Both the position numbers and the translations under genes were made by a program. Shown one piece after another: positions 10,690 to 19,535 of a DNA stretch of 64,000 bases; positions within the stretch are counted from its first letter, which is position 1; each line of letters starts with the position of its first letter. The notes under the pieces were generated by a model. It had not been told where the DNA came from and did not search any database. It saw nothing but the letters and a program-made list of their open reading frames with translations. Source of the stretch: a virus (taxonomy: Duplodnaviria; Caudoviricetes); the IMG/VR virus record IMGVR_UViG_3300028048_000069, positions 32,001 through 96,000 of that record; one strand, written 5' to 3'.

Positions 10690-12453
10690 ATGGCTAAAAA
10701 AGTAAAAGCATCAGAAGTTAAGAAAATGAATGATTTTATGCCTATATTGGCAAAAACAGAGAGTTCTTTTAAAAAGAAGGCCGATTTATCAACAGATATG
10801 GCTATGGATAGCAGTAGAGTACCTCTTTATTGGCAAGATCCTCTGTATGATAGCCAACTTATTATGTTTCCCGAGTACAATCTACCCGAGGCAAATAAGA
10901 GATATAGACATTATTATAAGTTTAATCCTATTTTATCTTCTTGTGTAGATGCTCATGCTACTTTCCCTTTATCTGATTTCCAAGTTCTTTGTGAAAATGA
11001 AGAAATAAGAGAATATTATCAATTTACAGCCGATAGATTAAATTTGCTAAATATTGCTGAAAATTCATTGAGAGATATTGCTCTATTAGGGGAGTCGGTT
11101 TATTTAGGTAATTGGGATGCGGTAAATTTGGAATGGGAAGAATGGGTACAATATCCACCAGAATTTGTGGATATTTTAACAGTTCCTGGTTCAAATAAAC
11201 GAGTATTTACTATTAAACCAGACCCAGAAACAAAAAGAATTTTGCAAGAACAATCTGAAGCAAAAGATATTCTTTATAAAGCCTTGGAAAAACAAGATAA
11301 AGCATATTTACAAGCCGCAATTGAAGATAAGCCATATGTAATGCCAGATGCTAGAATAATGTATTTAGCAAATCAAGTAGATGGTTATTCTAAACGCGGT
11401 TATCCTTTAACAAAACGCGCTTTGCCAGATTTGATGTATGAACAAAAACTTCGTTCATTACAACACACCTTTGTAGAAAGACATTTATTCCCTATTAAAA
11501 TCTTTAAATTGGGTTCGGAATCAATGGGATGGGTTCCTAGCAATAAGCATTTTCAACAATTTAAGAAATTGTTAATTCAAGCAGCGGGCGACCCAGATAT
11601 GAGTTTAATTTATCATTTTGGCTTACAAGTTGATTATGTAGGTACGAAAGATAAAATTGAAAATTTAATACCACATTTCGAATTTACTACAAAGCGTATT
11701 ATGCAAGCATTCTTTATGAATGATGCTTTAATGAATGGAGATGCGAGTTATGCAGGTCAAACTGCTAATACTCGTTTGTTAATGCATCGTTTTATGACGA
11801 AGAGAACAATGCTTGAACAAGCATTTATTAATAAGATTTATTTACCAATGGCCAGACAGCAGCAACTAATTAAGTCTACCATTGATGAAAAAAGAACTAG
11901 AACAATGGTAAAATCTAAACGATTTGCCAACACTAGATATTATTTACCAAGTTTTATGTGGCAAAAACAAAACTTGCTAAATAGCCAAGCGGAAAGACAA
12001 TTTTTAATGCAGTTGTTTGAAAGAGATGCTATACCTTGGGGTATTATTAGAGATGTATTTGGTTTAGACCAAAAAGTAATCGATTATTATAGAAAAGAAG
12101 ACCAAGCAACTCTTTCTAATGAATTAACTAGAGAAATTATTGACCAAACAGTTAAGGATGACCCTTCGCTTTCATTGAGATATGCTTTGGGCGAAGACCC
12201 TATTGAGTTGTTAAAGAATAAACTTAAACAAGATACTATTGCTCAAGATACTGAAAATAAATTGAATGAAAATGGACCAGATAAATCAGATGATATAGGT
12301 GGCGGTTTCGGCGGTGGTTTTGATAGTTCCGCACCTATAGATTTAGGACCAGATAGTTCAATGGAAACAGGAGAAGAACCTAGTTTAGATGAAACTGGGC
12401 CAAGTACAGGTGATGAAGGTGCTGAACCCCCTGCTGAACCACCTATGGAGTAA
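10690..12453 (+). CDS. Portal protein
   Basis: 587 aa, portal-like layout (NPILSSCVD, ALLGESV, RGYPL, IKIFKLG), acidic Gly/Pro tail, head-module position. Confidence 0.75.
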   Translation: MAKKVKASEVKKMNDFMPILAKTESSFKKKADLSTDMAMDSSRVPLYWQDPLYDSQLIMFPEYNLPEANKRYRHYYKFNPILSSCVDAHATFPLSDFQVLCENEEIREYYQFTADRLNLLNIAENSLRDIALLGESVYLGNWDAVNLEWEEWVQYPPEFVDILTVPGSNKRVFTIKPDPETKRILQEQSEAKDILYKALEKQDKAYLQAAIEDKPYVMPDARIMYLANQVDGYSKRGYPLTKRALPDLMYEQKLRSLQHTFVERHLFPIKIFKLGSESMGWVPSNKHFQQFKKLLIQAAGDPDMSLIYHFGLQVDYVGTKDKIENLIPHFEFTTKRIMQAFFMNDALMNGDASYAGQTANTRLLMHRFMTKRTMLEQAFINKIYLPMARQQQLIKSTIDEKRTRTMVKSKRFANTRYYLPSFMWQKQNLLNSQAERQFLMQLFERDAIPWGIIRDVFGLDQKVIDYYRKEDQATLSNELTREIIDQTVKDDPSLSLRYALGEDPIELLKNKLKQDTIAQDTENKLNENGPDKSDDIGGGFGGGFDSSAPIDLGPDSSMETGEEPSLDETGPSTGDEGAEPPAEPPME

Positions 12454-12458
12454 ATTAT

Positions 12459-13082
12459 ATGAAATTTATAAGAGTATTAAAATCTAGCCTACCAAACGAA
12501 AATTCATTGGGCGAACTTATTGCCAATAACGAGCAAACTTTACAAAATTTTTGGAATTGGTTTAATGGTAGTAAGGTTGTTGATGAACAAGGTAGACCAT
12601 TAGTTGTTTATCATGGAACCATGTCAGATTTTAATGAATTTAATACTAATTATGTTTTTTCAACAAATGATATAGAAACAGCAAAAAGATATGGACATAC
12701 ATTATCATTATATTTAAATATAAAAAATCCTTATATTATAAATGCCGATGGAGATATATGGAGTGAAGTTCAAATTCCAAAAGAAATTAAAGAAAATTTT
12801 TCATATCATATAGAGAATATTCAATATGAGATATACAGTGATGCTCAATTTGAAGAAGATGAAGAATATTATAGCAATGTATTACCTATAAGAGAAATTG
12901 TAGATATAATAAGTACAAATAGAGATATTATACAATGCGATGGAATTATAGTTAACGATATTAAAGAAGATGAAGGTATTGTAGACGATTATATAGTGTT
13001 TAACTCAAATCAGATAAAATCCATTAAAAATAATAATGCTTATAAATCTGAAGATAACAGTATATATGGTAGCAAGTTATGA
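12459..13082 (+). CDS. ART-PolyVal-like ADP-ribosyltransferase-fold protein
   Basis: SKVVDEQGRPLVVYHGT...YLNIKNP...DGIIV...YIVFNSNQIKS signature. Confidence 0.7.
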   Translation: MKFIRVLKSSLPNENSLGELIANNEQTLQNFWNWFNGSKVVDEQGRPLVVYHGTMSDFNEFNTNYVFSTNDIETAKRYGHTLSLYLNIKNPYIINADGDIWSEVQIPKEIKENFSYHIENIQYEIYSDAQFEEDEEYYSNVLPIREIVDIISTNRDIIQCDGIIVNDIKEDEGIVDDYIVFNSNQIKSIKNNNAYKSEDNSIYGSKL

Positions 13083-14002
13083 TTCTTACATTTCCAGATA
13101 AGATTTTGGTTGAGAATTTATGTCATGGACCTAAAGGAAAATATAAGATTTCTTGGTCTGCATCTCCTCTTGCAACTTCTTATAATATTTATAGATCCAG
13201 AACTCCTTATGGTTGTGCAGACCTGATTAATAATACAACTGAATTATATTATATAGATACAGATTTTGAAATTATTGATGGGACAGAATGTTATTATAGA
13301 ATATCATCTGTTATGGCAGTTCCTGATAAAGATGGAAATATGATAGTTTCGGAATCAGAATTATCTAGATTTCAAGGCGCGCCTAATACTACAGAATATA
13401 TGGAGACAACTGCTGGTACTTGGACAGACTCTAATAATACTAGATGGGATCCACATGATAATAAATATCCGAATGGCGAATCATCTTATATAGGTACTAA
13501 TTATCTTCCATTAAATGTTTTAAGACGATATCAGTTTAATAAAATAGTTCGTGATGAGTTGTGGTTATTACAAGATCGTGGTGAACCAGTTTATCTTATT
13601 AAAAAGAAAAGAGTTAATTATGAAACAGATACCGAAGATGATGATAGAAGAGTTGGAAGAAAAAATAATGTTCAATATTTCTGTCCTATTATCATTTGGT
13701 CATCTATTGCAAGTCCAGGACAAACACATCTAGTAACTTATAGAGGGGCAGCATTAGAGAAAAATACAAGATGCTGGACTATCTATACACCTAAATTGGA
13801 TGATGGGGATATTATTATTACCAAAGATAATAAGCGTTGGGAAATTCAAAATGTTACTTATCAAAGAAGTTGGCGCGGTTCTGTAACATGGCAAGCATAT
13901 GATTTGAAAGCATTACCTGTAACTGACCCAGTTTATTCTCATCCACAATTAAAATGTTTAGATGGTTCTAAGTTATATCAAAAGAAACATTTCTGGCAGT
14001 AA
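13079..14002 (+). CDS. Neck/head-closure-like virion protein with N-terminal FN3-like domain
   Basis: ISWSA..ATSYNIYRS...YYRISSV FN3 pattern; C-terminal PKLDDGDII...RWEIQNV beta-barrel pattern. Confidence 0.5.
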   Translation: MILTFPDKILVENLCHGPKGKYKISWSASPLATSYNIYRSRTPYGCADLINNTTELYYIDTDFEIIDGTECYYRISSVMAVPDKDGNMIVSESELSRFQGAPNTTEYMETTAGTWTDSNNTRWDPHDNKYPNGESSYIGTNYLPLNVLRRYQFNKIVRDELWLLQDRGEPVYLIKKKRVNYETDTEDDDRRVGRKNNVQYFCPIIIWSSIASPGQTHLVTYRGAALEKNTRCWTIYTPKLDDGDIIITKDNKRWEIQNVTYQRSWRGSVTWQAYDLKALPVTDPVYSHPQLKCLDGSKLYQKKHFWQ

Positions 14003-14020
14003 AAATTGTTGGAGGGTTAA

Positions 14021-15544
14021 ATGGGCAAAATTACATCTAAACAAGATGTTATTCGCGAATATAAATCGTTGTTAAACGATTTTCTATCAACAACAGGTTC
14101 AAATAAAATCACCAGAAAATATTATAGGGAACATTCAAAATTTCCTTATTTATATGAAAAATTTTTTGGCAGTTTTGATGAATTAAAGAAAACCTTTTCA
14201 ATAGACCTACCTGAAAGAAAAATAATCAAAAAACGAGTAGTAATTTCTTCCATACTTCCTAATACAGAATTAGATAAAGATTTTATTCAAGCAATGGAAA
14301 ACTATTGTTTGAATAATAATGCTCAATTATTATTAGTTCCTATAAAGGGTGTTCGTGGAGAAACAACTTTTGATGAAAAAATAATGGTTAGATATGGCGG
14401 TTATTTTACAACAGAAGCAACCTTTAATGAAAATCTTAAATTAGTAAATACAGGTATAACTGCAAATAATAAAAATCCTTTAGTAAGTATAAAAGAGTTA
14501 GGCCATAAAGAATATTCTACAATTGTAGCATCCACTAAACAATGTATGGAGATGATACCTTCCATAAATAAAGGTAAAACTCATTTAATTTATTTAACAG
14601 GCACTTGTTCTAAACCTATTTACAATAAGAATATAACTGGTACAATAAATGCAAATAACAATAAAGTAGGCGGTTTAGTAGTAGAGATAGAAAGTGATAG
14701 AATATTTTACATAAGAAATATTGAATGGATAAATGGATACTTTGTAGATTTAAATAAAGCCTATTATAAAGACCATATAGAAAATATACAAGCAGAAGCC
14801 ATTGTAGCAGGGGATTTGCATTTAAGTGGCGACGAAGATGATAAAGCATTAGACTTATTAGATAAGGAAATGCGCCTACTTAAAGCAAAAAGGCTCGTAA
14901 TTCACGATTTTTGTAGCCATAATACAATTAATCATCACGAACAAGATAATTGGATTAAAATGGCAAAATTGACAAATAAATTCCATAGTTTACAAGATGA
15001 GCATAAATATACCGCAGAAAGGTTTAACAAATTTGCTAAAGATTTAAAAAATGTTGAATTTATAGTTGTAAAAAGTAATCACGATAGATGGTTGCATAAG
15101 TATTTAGGAAATAGAAGTTTATGGATTAAAGATAATTGTAATGCTTTTTATGCTCATACCTTATGTGGATATGCTCTACAAGGTATGGATCCTTTTGAGG
15201 CCACTATGAGAACATTTTTAGATAAAAAATTAAATGTTAAATTTCTTATGGATGGGCAAACTTATAGAATAGCCGATACAGAACTATCTTTACATGGCGA
15301 TATAGGAAATAATGGGGGACCTGCAACATTAAGAAGTATAGAATTAAGTGCTGGAAAATGTATTATAGGGCATAGTCATCAGCCTAGAATGGGTTTTTAT
15401 GGAATACAAGTAGGAACAAATACAAAGGTCGATTTAGGTTATAATATTGGTGGTAGCAGTTGGCATAATGGTAATGCCAGTTTATATAAAGATGGGCATA
15501 AACAATTGCTTTTGGGTGTAAATTATAAGATTTCAATAAAATAA
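14021..15544 (+). CDS. T5 A1-like metallophosphoesterase-fold nuclease
   Basis: GDLH, SNHD, HGDIGNNG and GHSH motifs; 507 aa. Confidence 0.7.
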   Translation: MGKITSKQDVIREYKSLLNDFLSTTGSNKITRKYYREHSKFPYLYEKFFGSFDELKKTFSIDLPERKIIKKRVVISSILPNTELDKDFIQAMENYCLNNNAQLLLVPIKGVRGETTFDEKIMVRYGGYFTTEATFNENLKLVNTGITANNKNPLVSIKELGHKEYSTIVASTKQCMEMIPSINKGKTHLIYLTGTCSKPIYNKNITGTINANNNKVGGLVVEIESDRIFYIRNIEWINGYFVDLNKAYYKDHIENIQAEAIVAGDLHLSGDEDDKALDLLDKEMRLLKAKRLVIHDFCSHNTINHHEQDNWIKMAKLTNKFHSLQDEHKYTAERFNKFAKDLKNVEFIVVKSNHDRWLHKYLGNRSLWIKDNCNAFYAHTLCGYALQGMDPFEATMRTFLDKKLNVKFLMDGQTYRIADTELSLHGDIGNNGGPATLRSIELSAGKCIIGHSHQPRMGFYGIQVGTNTKVDLGYNIGGSSWHNGNASLYKDGHKQLLLGVNYKISIK

Positions 15545-15547
15545 TTG

Positions 15548-15576
15548 TTGACAAATCATTTATAATTTTGTAGTAT
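15548..15576 (+). promoter_or_regulatory. Sigma70-type promoter
   Basis: TTGACA-N17-TAGTAT upstream of 15599 ORF (GAGGT RBS). Confidence 0.6.
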
Positions 15577-15598
15577 ATAATTTAGAGGTACTATAAAT

Positions 15599-15928
15599 AT
15601 GTACATTGATAATATTAAAAAATTGCACGACCAATTAAAAGAACTGATATTTGTATGTGATGATATAGAAACAGCAGATGCAGATGGTCAAGGGTATGAT
15701 TTAGATAATCTCATATCTATTATTAATAAATGGATAAATTCATCAATATGGAATATGAAAAGTGATGAATTTAGAATGCATTTTGGAGAATGGGAAGATA
15801 AGGATTTAAGTGATGTATTTTGGCCTTATGCAGATACAGTAATAGAGATGAAAGATAAATTGCGGAAAGATTATAATAAGTTAGTAAGAATAGATTATAG
15901 ATTGAAGGAAGAATTAAAAGTCAAATAA
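15599..15928 (+). CDS. Hypothetical protein
   Basis: 109 aa ORF with RBS and promoter. Confidence 0.65.
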   Translation: MYIDNIKKLHDQLKELIFVCDDIETADADGQGYDLDNLISIINKWINSSIWNMKSDEFRMHFGEWEDKDLSDVFWPYADTVIEMKDKLRKDYNKLVRIDYRLKEELKVK

Positions 15929-15962
15929 AAATTAGTATAATATGTATATATAGGAGAACAAG

Positions 15963-16385
15963 ATGACAGAAAAAATCGAAGTTTCGTTGACTTTTAATGA
16001 TTTTGCTAAAAATCACAAGTCAGCGATTGAACTAAAACAACTAGATGCTAAAAATTATAAGGCATTATTAACTGTTAAAGCGGTAGAAGACCAAACTAAA
16101 GATATTGGTTTTTCTGATGCTTGGAAAAAAGAATTAGCAGATAAAATTGCTGAATTAAAACCATTAGCAGAAGAAGAATTAAAATCAGCAAGCGAAAATA
16201 TTAATACTTATTTATTCAATTTGGTAAAAGAAGTTATTGCTTATCATAGAGCAGTAGTAGAAATGCCAAAGGATGAAAAGATTAAAGAATTATCAAATAC
16301 AATTCGTTCTATTATTGCCGCAGGTGGCGGTCAATTGGAAGCAGAATTTGTATTTAATTTAGTTAAAGTGTTGTACATTAAATAA
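15963..16385 (+). CDS. Hypothetical protein
   Basis: 140 aa; AGGAG RBS; TTAGTATAATAT at 15932. Confidence 0.7.
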   Translation: MTEKIEVSLTFNDFAKNHKSAIELKQLDAKNYKALLTVKAVEDQTKDIGFSDAWKKELADKIAELKPLAEEELKSASENINTYLFNLVKEVIAYHRAVVEMPKDEKIKELSNTIRSIIAAGGGQLEAEFVFNLVKVLYIK

Positions 16386-16416
16386 GTATAATATAATTGA
16401 TATTTGATAATATGAT

Positions 16417-16489
16417 TGCGGAGAAGACAGCCAGTGCGGTCGGGAGTCTCATAAACTCTTCTAGATTGGTGCAACTCCAATCTCCGCTA
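16417..16489 (+). tRNA. tRNA-Met(CAT), atypical; possibly initiator (unpaired 1:72)
   Basis: Acceptor (T)GCGGAG/CTCCGC(T)A; anticodon arm GGAGT-CTCATAA-ACTCT; T arm ATTGG-TGCAACT-CCAAT. Confidence 0.75.
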
Positions 16490-16494
16490 TAATT

Positions 16495-17335
16495 ATAAGC
16501 AGATATATGTCGGAGGCAGAAGTGTATATCACAATATAGATTAATTACCTATTATTGTAAAATGCTTGGGAAACGCAGGTCGGGAATAGTGAACTTCGCG
16601 AATACATTGGCCGATAATACCGACAGCCCACGATTTAGGTGTAATAACCTAATAAAAAGGACATAAGGAATGGTAGTGCTCTTATGTGTGCCAATGGAAT
16701 GGAGTGTGAATGCCTACTTACGCTTTAGGTAACTATAGTAAGTCCTAAAGAAGTGGTTCCAAGGGTACGGGAACTGAAAACTAGACCCATTAGTGTAGTT
16801 TCGGCTACCTTAAACAAACCGAATAACGCTTGGCTTTAAAATCTGACAATGGATGGAACGACTCCAATTAAAATAAAGTTCCTGCCAAGTTTGGATATAA
16901 GAGTATTGTAGCAATCCTTTAGATAATTTTCTTCTAAAGCAAAAAACTATAAGAAATTATATCTTAAATTACTAGAAAGGTAATACAGCAAGTGATGGTT
17001 TGTTGGCTTGTGAGGACAAGTTATTAACATAGTATCCTATTAGGTAGAGTTCATCACTACCGAGATAGGAGAGTTTAGATGACTAAACCTTAAACCGATG
17101 TCAGGAATGAAAAGTGTACTGACTTCCTCCTAGTAAGTAGTGATATTATATAAATGCTGTAAATATAGCGACTTGTGGCTAGTGATTACTATTTATATAA
17201 TGTTTATTGACAACCTACTCGGGCTTAACTATATACGCGAGGACGCGAGAATAGACCGCCAAAACAGAGTTATAAGAGATACTAGTTAATTCTTATACAA
17301 GTTTTACCACTTTACTTGAGGAGCCATAAAGTGGA
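16495..17335 (+). ncRNA. Giant structured ncRNA candidate (GOLLD/ROOL-like)
   Basis: ~840 nt without a sizeable ORF between two tRNAs; many local hairpins, long-range helices and a pseudoknot; boundaries approximate. Confidence 0.6.
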
Positions 17336-17346
17336 TGATATTTTAT

Positions 17347-17417
17347 TCCCTTGTGGTGAAACAGTATCACGATCGGCTGTTAACCGATTATTCTGGGGGC
17401 AGAACCCAGCGAGGGAG
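17347..17417 (+). tRNA. tRNA-Asn(GTT), atypical T loop
   Basis: TCCCTTG/CGAGGGA acceptor; ATCGG-CTGTTAA-CCGAT; T arm CTGGG-GGCAGAA-CCCAG. Confidence 0.85.
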
Positions 17418-17429
17418 TTCACTTTAATT

Positions 17430-17789
17430 ATGTTTTTTGATAGACTTAAAAATTGGTTATTTAAATATAACATAGAAACAGATGCTTATTCAGTTGGTGA
17501 GAAGATAAAAATATATGTGAGTTATATGTGTGGTAAAAACCATAATGAGTTTGGTGCTCGCGTGTGTAAATCAGATAAGTATAATCACTATAAAGACAGT
17601 ATTTGTTTTAAAGATGAAGAAGATGTTTTGAATTGGGTATGTAACCATAAACCTAGTTTTATAAGTCTTATATGTAATATTGAAGACCATAAAGCATCGG
17701 ATTTTTTTGGTATATTTGATAAACTACCCCAATATGTAAATAGAATAAAAGAATCATATTGGGAGAATGGTTTTAAGATATTTGATTAG
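17430..17789 (+). CDS. Hypothetical protein
   Basis: ORF trimmed to first ATG after tRNA-Asn. Confidence 0.55.
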   Translation: MFFDRLKNWLFKYNIETDAYSVGEKIKIYVSYMCGKNHNEFGARVCKSDKYNHYKDSICFKDEEDVLNWVCNHKPSFISLICNIEDHKASDFFGIFDKLPQYVNRIKESYWENGFKIFD

Positions 17790-17795
17790 ATTTAA

Positions 17796-17869
17796 GCGGG
17801 TATAGTTCAGTTGGTTAGAACGCTGCCCTGTCAAGGCAGAGGTCGTCGGTTCGAGTCCGATTGCCCGCG
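17796..17869 (+). tRNA. tRNA-Asp(GTC)
   Basis: Canonical cloverleaf, CTGCC-CTGTCAA-GGCAG, TTCGAGT T loop. Confidence 0.95.
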
Positions 17870-17879
17870 AATTTTATTT

Positions 17880-18086
17880 ATGAAATATTTAGCATTATTT
17901 ATTTGTATATTTTTGCCCTTAATATCATATTCTAAAGTGACACTTAAAGCAACTGGATATGTAGTTGTTAGAATAGTTAGTAATGAACAACTTATAAATT
18001 CTGATACATTGGTTGAGAATAAACAAATAGGTAATGAATTAGTTTATAGTTATATAAAAGATAATACTATAAATTATGTATTTTAG
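17880..18086 (+). CDS. Small secreted/membrane hypothetical protein
   Basis: MKYLALFICIFLPLISYS signal-peptide-like start after tRNA-Asp. Confidence 0.5.
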   Translation: MKYLALFICIFLPLISYSKVTLKATGYVVVRIVSNEQLINSDTLVENKQIGNELVYSYIKDNTINYVF

Positions 18087-18091
18087 ATTTC

Positions 18092-18165
18092 GCGCTGATA
18101 GCTCAATTGGTTAGAGCATCCGACTCATAATCGGCAGGTTCAAGGTTCAAGTCCTTGTCGGCGCA
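18092..18165 (+). tRNA. tRNA with CAT anticodon, probably tRNA-Ile2 (else elongator Met)
   Basis: Canonical cloverleaf; CCGA-CTCATAA-TCGG arm resembles bacterial Ile2. Confidence 0.85.
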
Positions 18166-18186
18166 GAAAATTAGTATAATATTATT

Positions 18187-18410
18187 CATAAGAGACTTCA
18201 AGGACCTGTTTCCTTTGTGCGGTGGTTTGCTACTACCACTGAAGTCGTAAAGTAGCACTCCTTTTGATAATTTTTATTGAGTTAGGACACACCTCGGACT
18301 CAATAAAAGTGGAAATGGGTGATGTAGAGGCCAAGGCTGTTCTACACTTCCATCTATTTTGAGGGATACTGGTACTCCCAATACCACAAAAAACCAGTAT
18401 TTTATTTATT
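18187..18410 (+). ncRNA. Structured 5' leader / sRNA candidate upstream of arginine decarboxylase
   Basis: TTAGTATAATAT at 18171, then ~240 nt non-coding with four stem-loops. Confidence 0.45.
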
Positions 18411-18423
18411 GGAGATAATAACA

Positions 18424-18975
18424 ATGTACGAAGCATATGTACCTAAAGAAATATTTCTTACAAAAGGTATAGGTAGGCATAAAGAGAAATTAGCAAGTTT
18501 TGAAGAGGCATTAAGGGATGCTAAAATAGCAAGTTATAATATTGTTCCAGTCTCAAGTATTTTTCCACCACATTGTAAAATTATCTCAAAAGAAAAAGGT
18601 GTAAAGTTATTAAAACCAGGTCAAATTTTACATTGTGTAATTAGTAGAAATACTTGCAATGAAGCACGCAGATTAATATCTGCATCAGTAGGTGTAGCAA
18701 TTCCAAAAGACCCTAATCAACATGGTTATTTATCGGAACATCATAGTTTTGGGGAAACAGAAAAACAAAGTGGAGATTATGCAGAAGATTTAGCAGCATT
18801 AATGTTATCTACTACTATTGGAATTGACTTTGATAATGATACTACTTGGGATCAAAAAGAACAGATTTGGAAAATGAGTGGTAAGATTGTAAAAACAACA
18901 AATATTACTCAATCAGCAATTTGCGCTGATGATGTATGGACAACAGTAGTGGCAGCGGCAGTATTTGCTAGTTAG
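18424..18975 (+). CDS. pdaD: Pyruvoyl-dependent arginine decarboxylase
   Basis: SFEEALRDA, YNIVPVSSIFPP (Ser-Ser self-cleavage site), GYLSEH, WTTVVAAAVF; GGAG RBS. Confidence 0.92.
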   Translation: MYEAYVPKEIFLTKGIGRHKEKLASFEEALRDAKIASYNIVPVSSIFPPHCKIISKEKGVKLLKPGQILHCVISRNTCNEARRLISASVGVAIPKDPNQHGYLSEHHSFGETEKQSGDYAEDLAALMLSTTIGIDFDNDTTWDQKEQIWKMSGKIVKTTNITQSAICADDVWTTVVAAAVFAS

Positions 18976-19008
18976 TCATTTAGATTTTATTGTTATTTGA
19001 AAATTTAT

Positions 19009-19092
19009 GGCCAGATGGCGGAATTGGTATACGCGACAGACTTAAAATCTGTTGGTTGCAAAATCTTGAGGGTTCGAGTCCCTCTCTGGCTA
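19009..19092 (+). tRNA. tRNA-Leu(TAA)
   Basis: GGCCAGA/TCTGGCT; ACAGA-CTTAAAA-TCTGT; long variable arm. Confidence 0.92.
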
Positions 19093-19100
19093 TTTAAAAT

Positions 19101-19172
19101 GCCTTCTTCGTCTATCAGTTAGGACATCAGATTTTCAATCTGAAGAGAGGAGTGCGACTCTCCTAGAAGGTA
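19101..19172 (+). tRNA. tRNA-Glu(TTC)
   Basis: GCCTTCT/AGAAGGT; TCAGA-TTTTCAA-TCTGA; T loop TGCGACT. Confidence 0.88.
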
Positions 19173-19176
19173 ATTT

Positions 19177-19248
19177 GCCCTTATAGCTCAATGGATAGAG
19201 CACCCGCCTTCTAAGCGGATGATATAGGTTCGATTCCCATTAAGGGTA
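19177..19248 (+). tRNA. tRNA-Arg(TCT)
   Basis: GCCCTTA/TAAGGGT; CCGC-CTTCTAA-GCGG. Confidence 0.9.
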
Positions 19249-19258
19249 ATAATTTAAT

Positions 19259-19343
19259 GCTCAGTATGTTCCAATGGTGGGACAGCGGACTGTAAATCCG
19301 CCGCACTCGTGCATGGTAGGTTCGATCCCTACACTGAGCACCA
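19259..19343 (+). tRNA. tRNA-Tyr(GTA)
   Basis: GCTCAGT/ACTGAGC-A-CCA; GCGGA-CTGTAAA-TCCGC; variable arm. Confidence 0.92.
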
Positions 19344-19454
19344 TTTTAATAACCACACGAACGATAGGGTAATGCCTAGTTGATATTTTGGTGTTTAAGT
19401 GAATTGCTTAACAGAGAAGGGCAACTCTGGGTATAAATGCCCAATATATTTTAT

Positions 19455-19531
19455 CTACGTGTAGGATAGATGGTTATTCCGCGACACTTGGGCTGTCGAG
19501 ATCGCAGGTTCGAATCCTGCCACGTAGACCA
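19455..19531 (+). tRNA. tRNA-Pro(TGG)
   Basis: CTACGTG/CACGTAG-A-CCA; CGACA-CTTGGGC-TGTCG. Confidence 0.92.
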
Positions 19532-19535
19532 TTTT

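Noticed and set aside
6235-13733. Alternate-frame + strand ORFs 6235-6459, 10730-10948 and 13551-13733
   Set aside because: Nested in longer genes, with no RBS or motif support.
16495-17335. tmRNA, RNase P RNA or group I intron
   Set aside because: No tRNA-Ala-like ends or tag ORF, no RNase P P4 consensus recognised, and no interrupted host gene; not formally excluded without cmscan.
17316-17429. 5' extension of the 17316 ORF (and similarly 17811-17879)
   Set aside because: Overlap tRNA-Asn and tRNA-Asp; starts moved to ATG 17430 and 17880.
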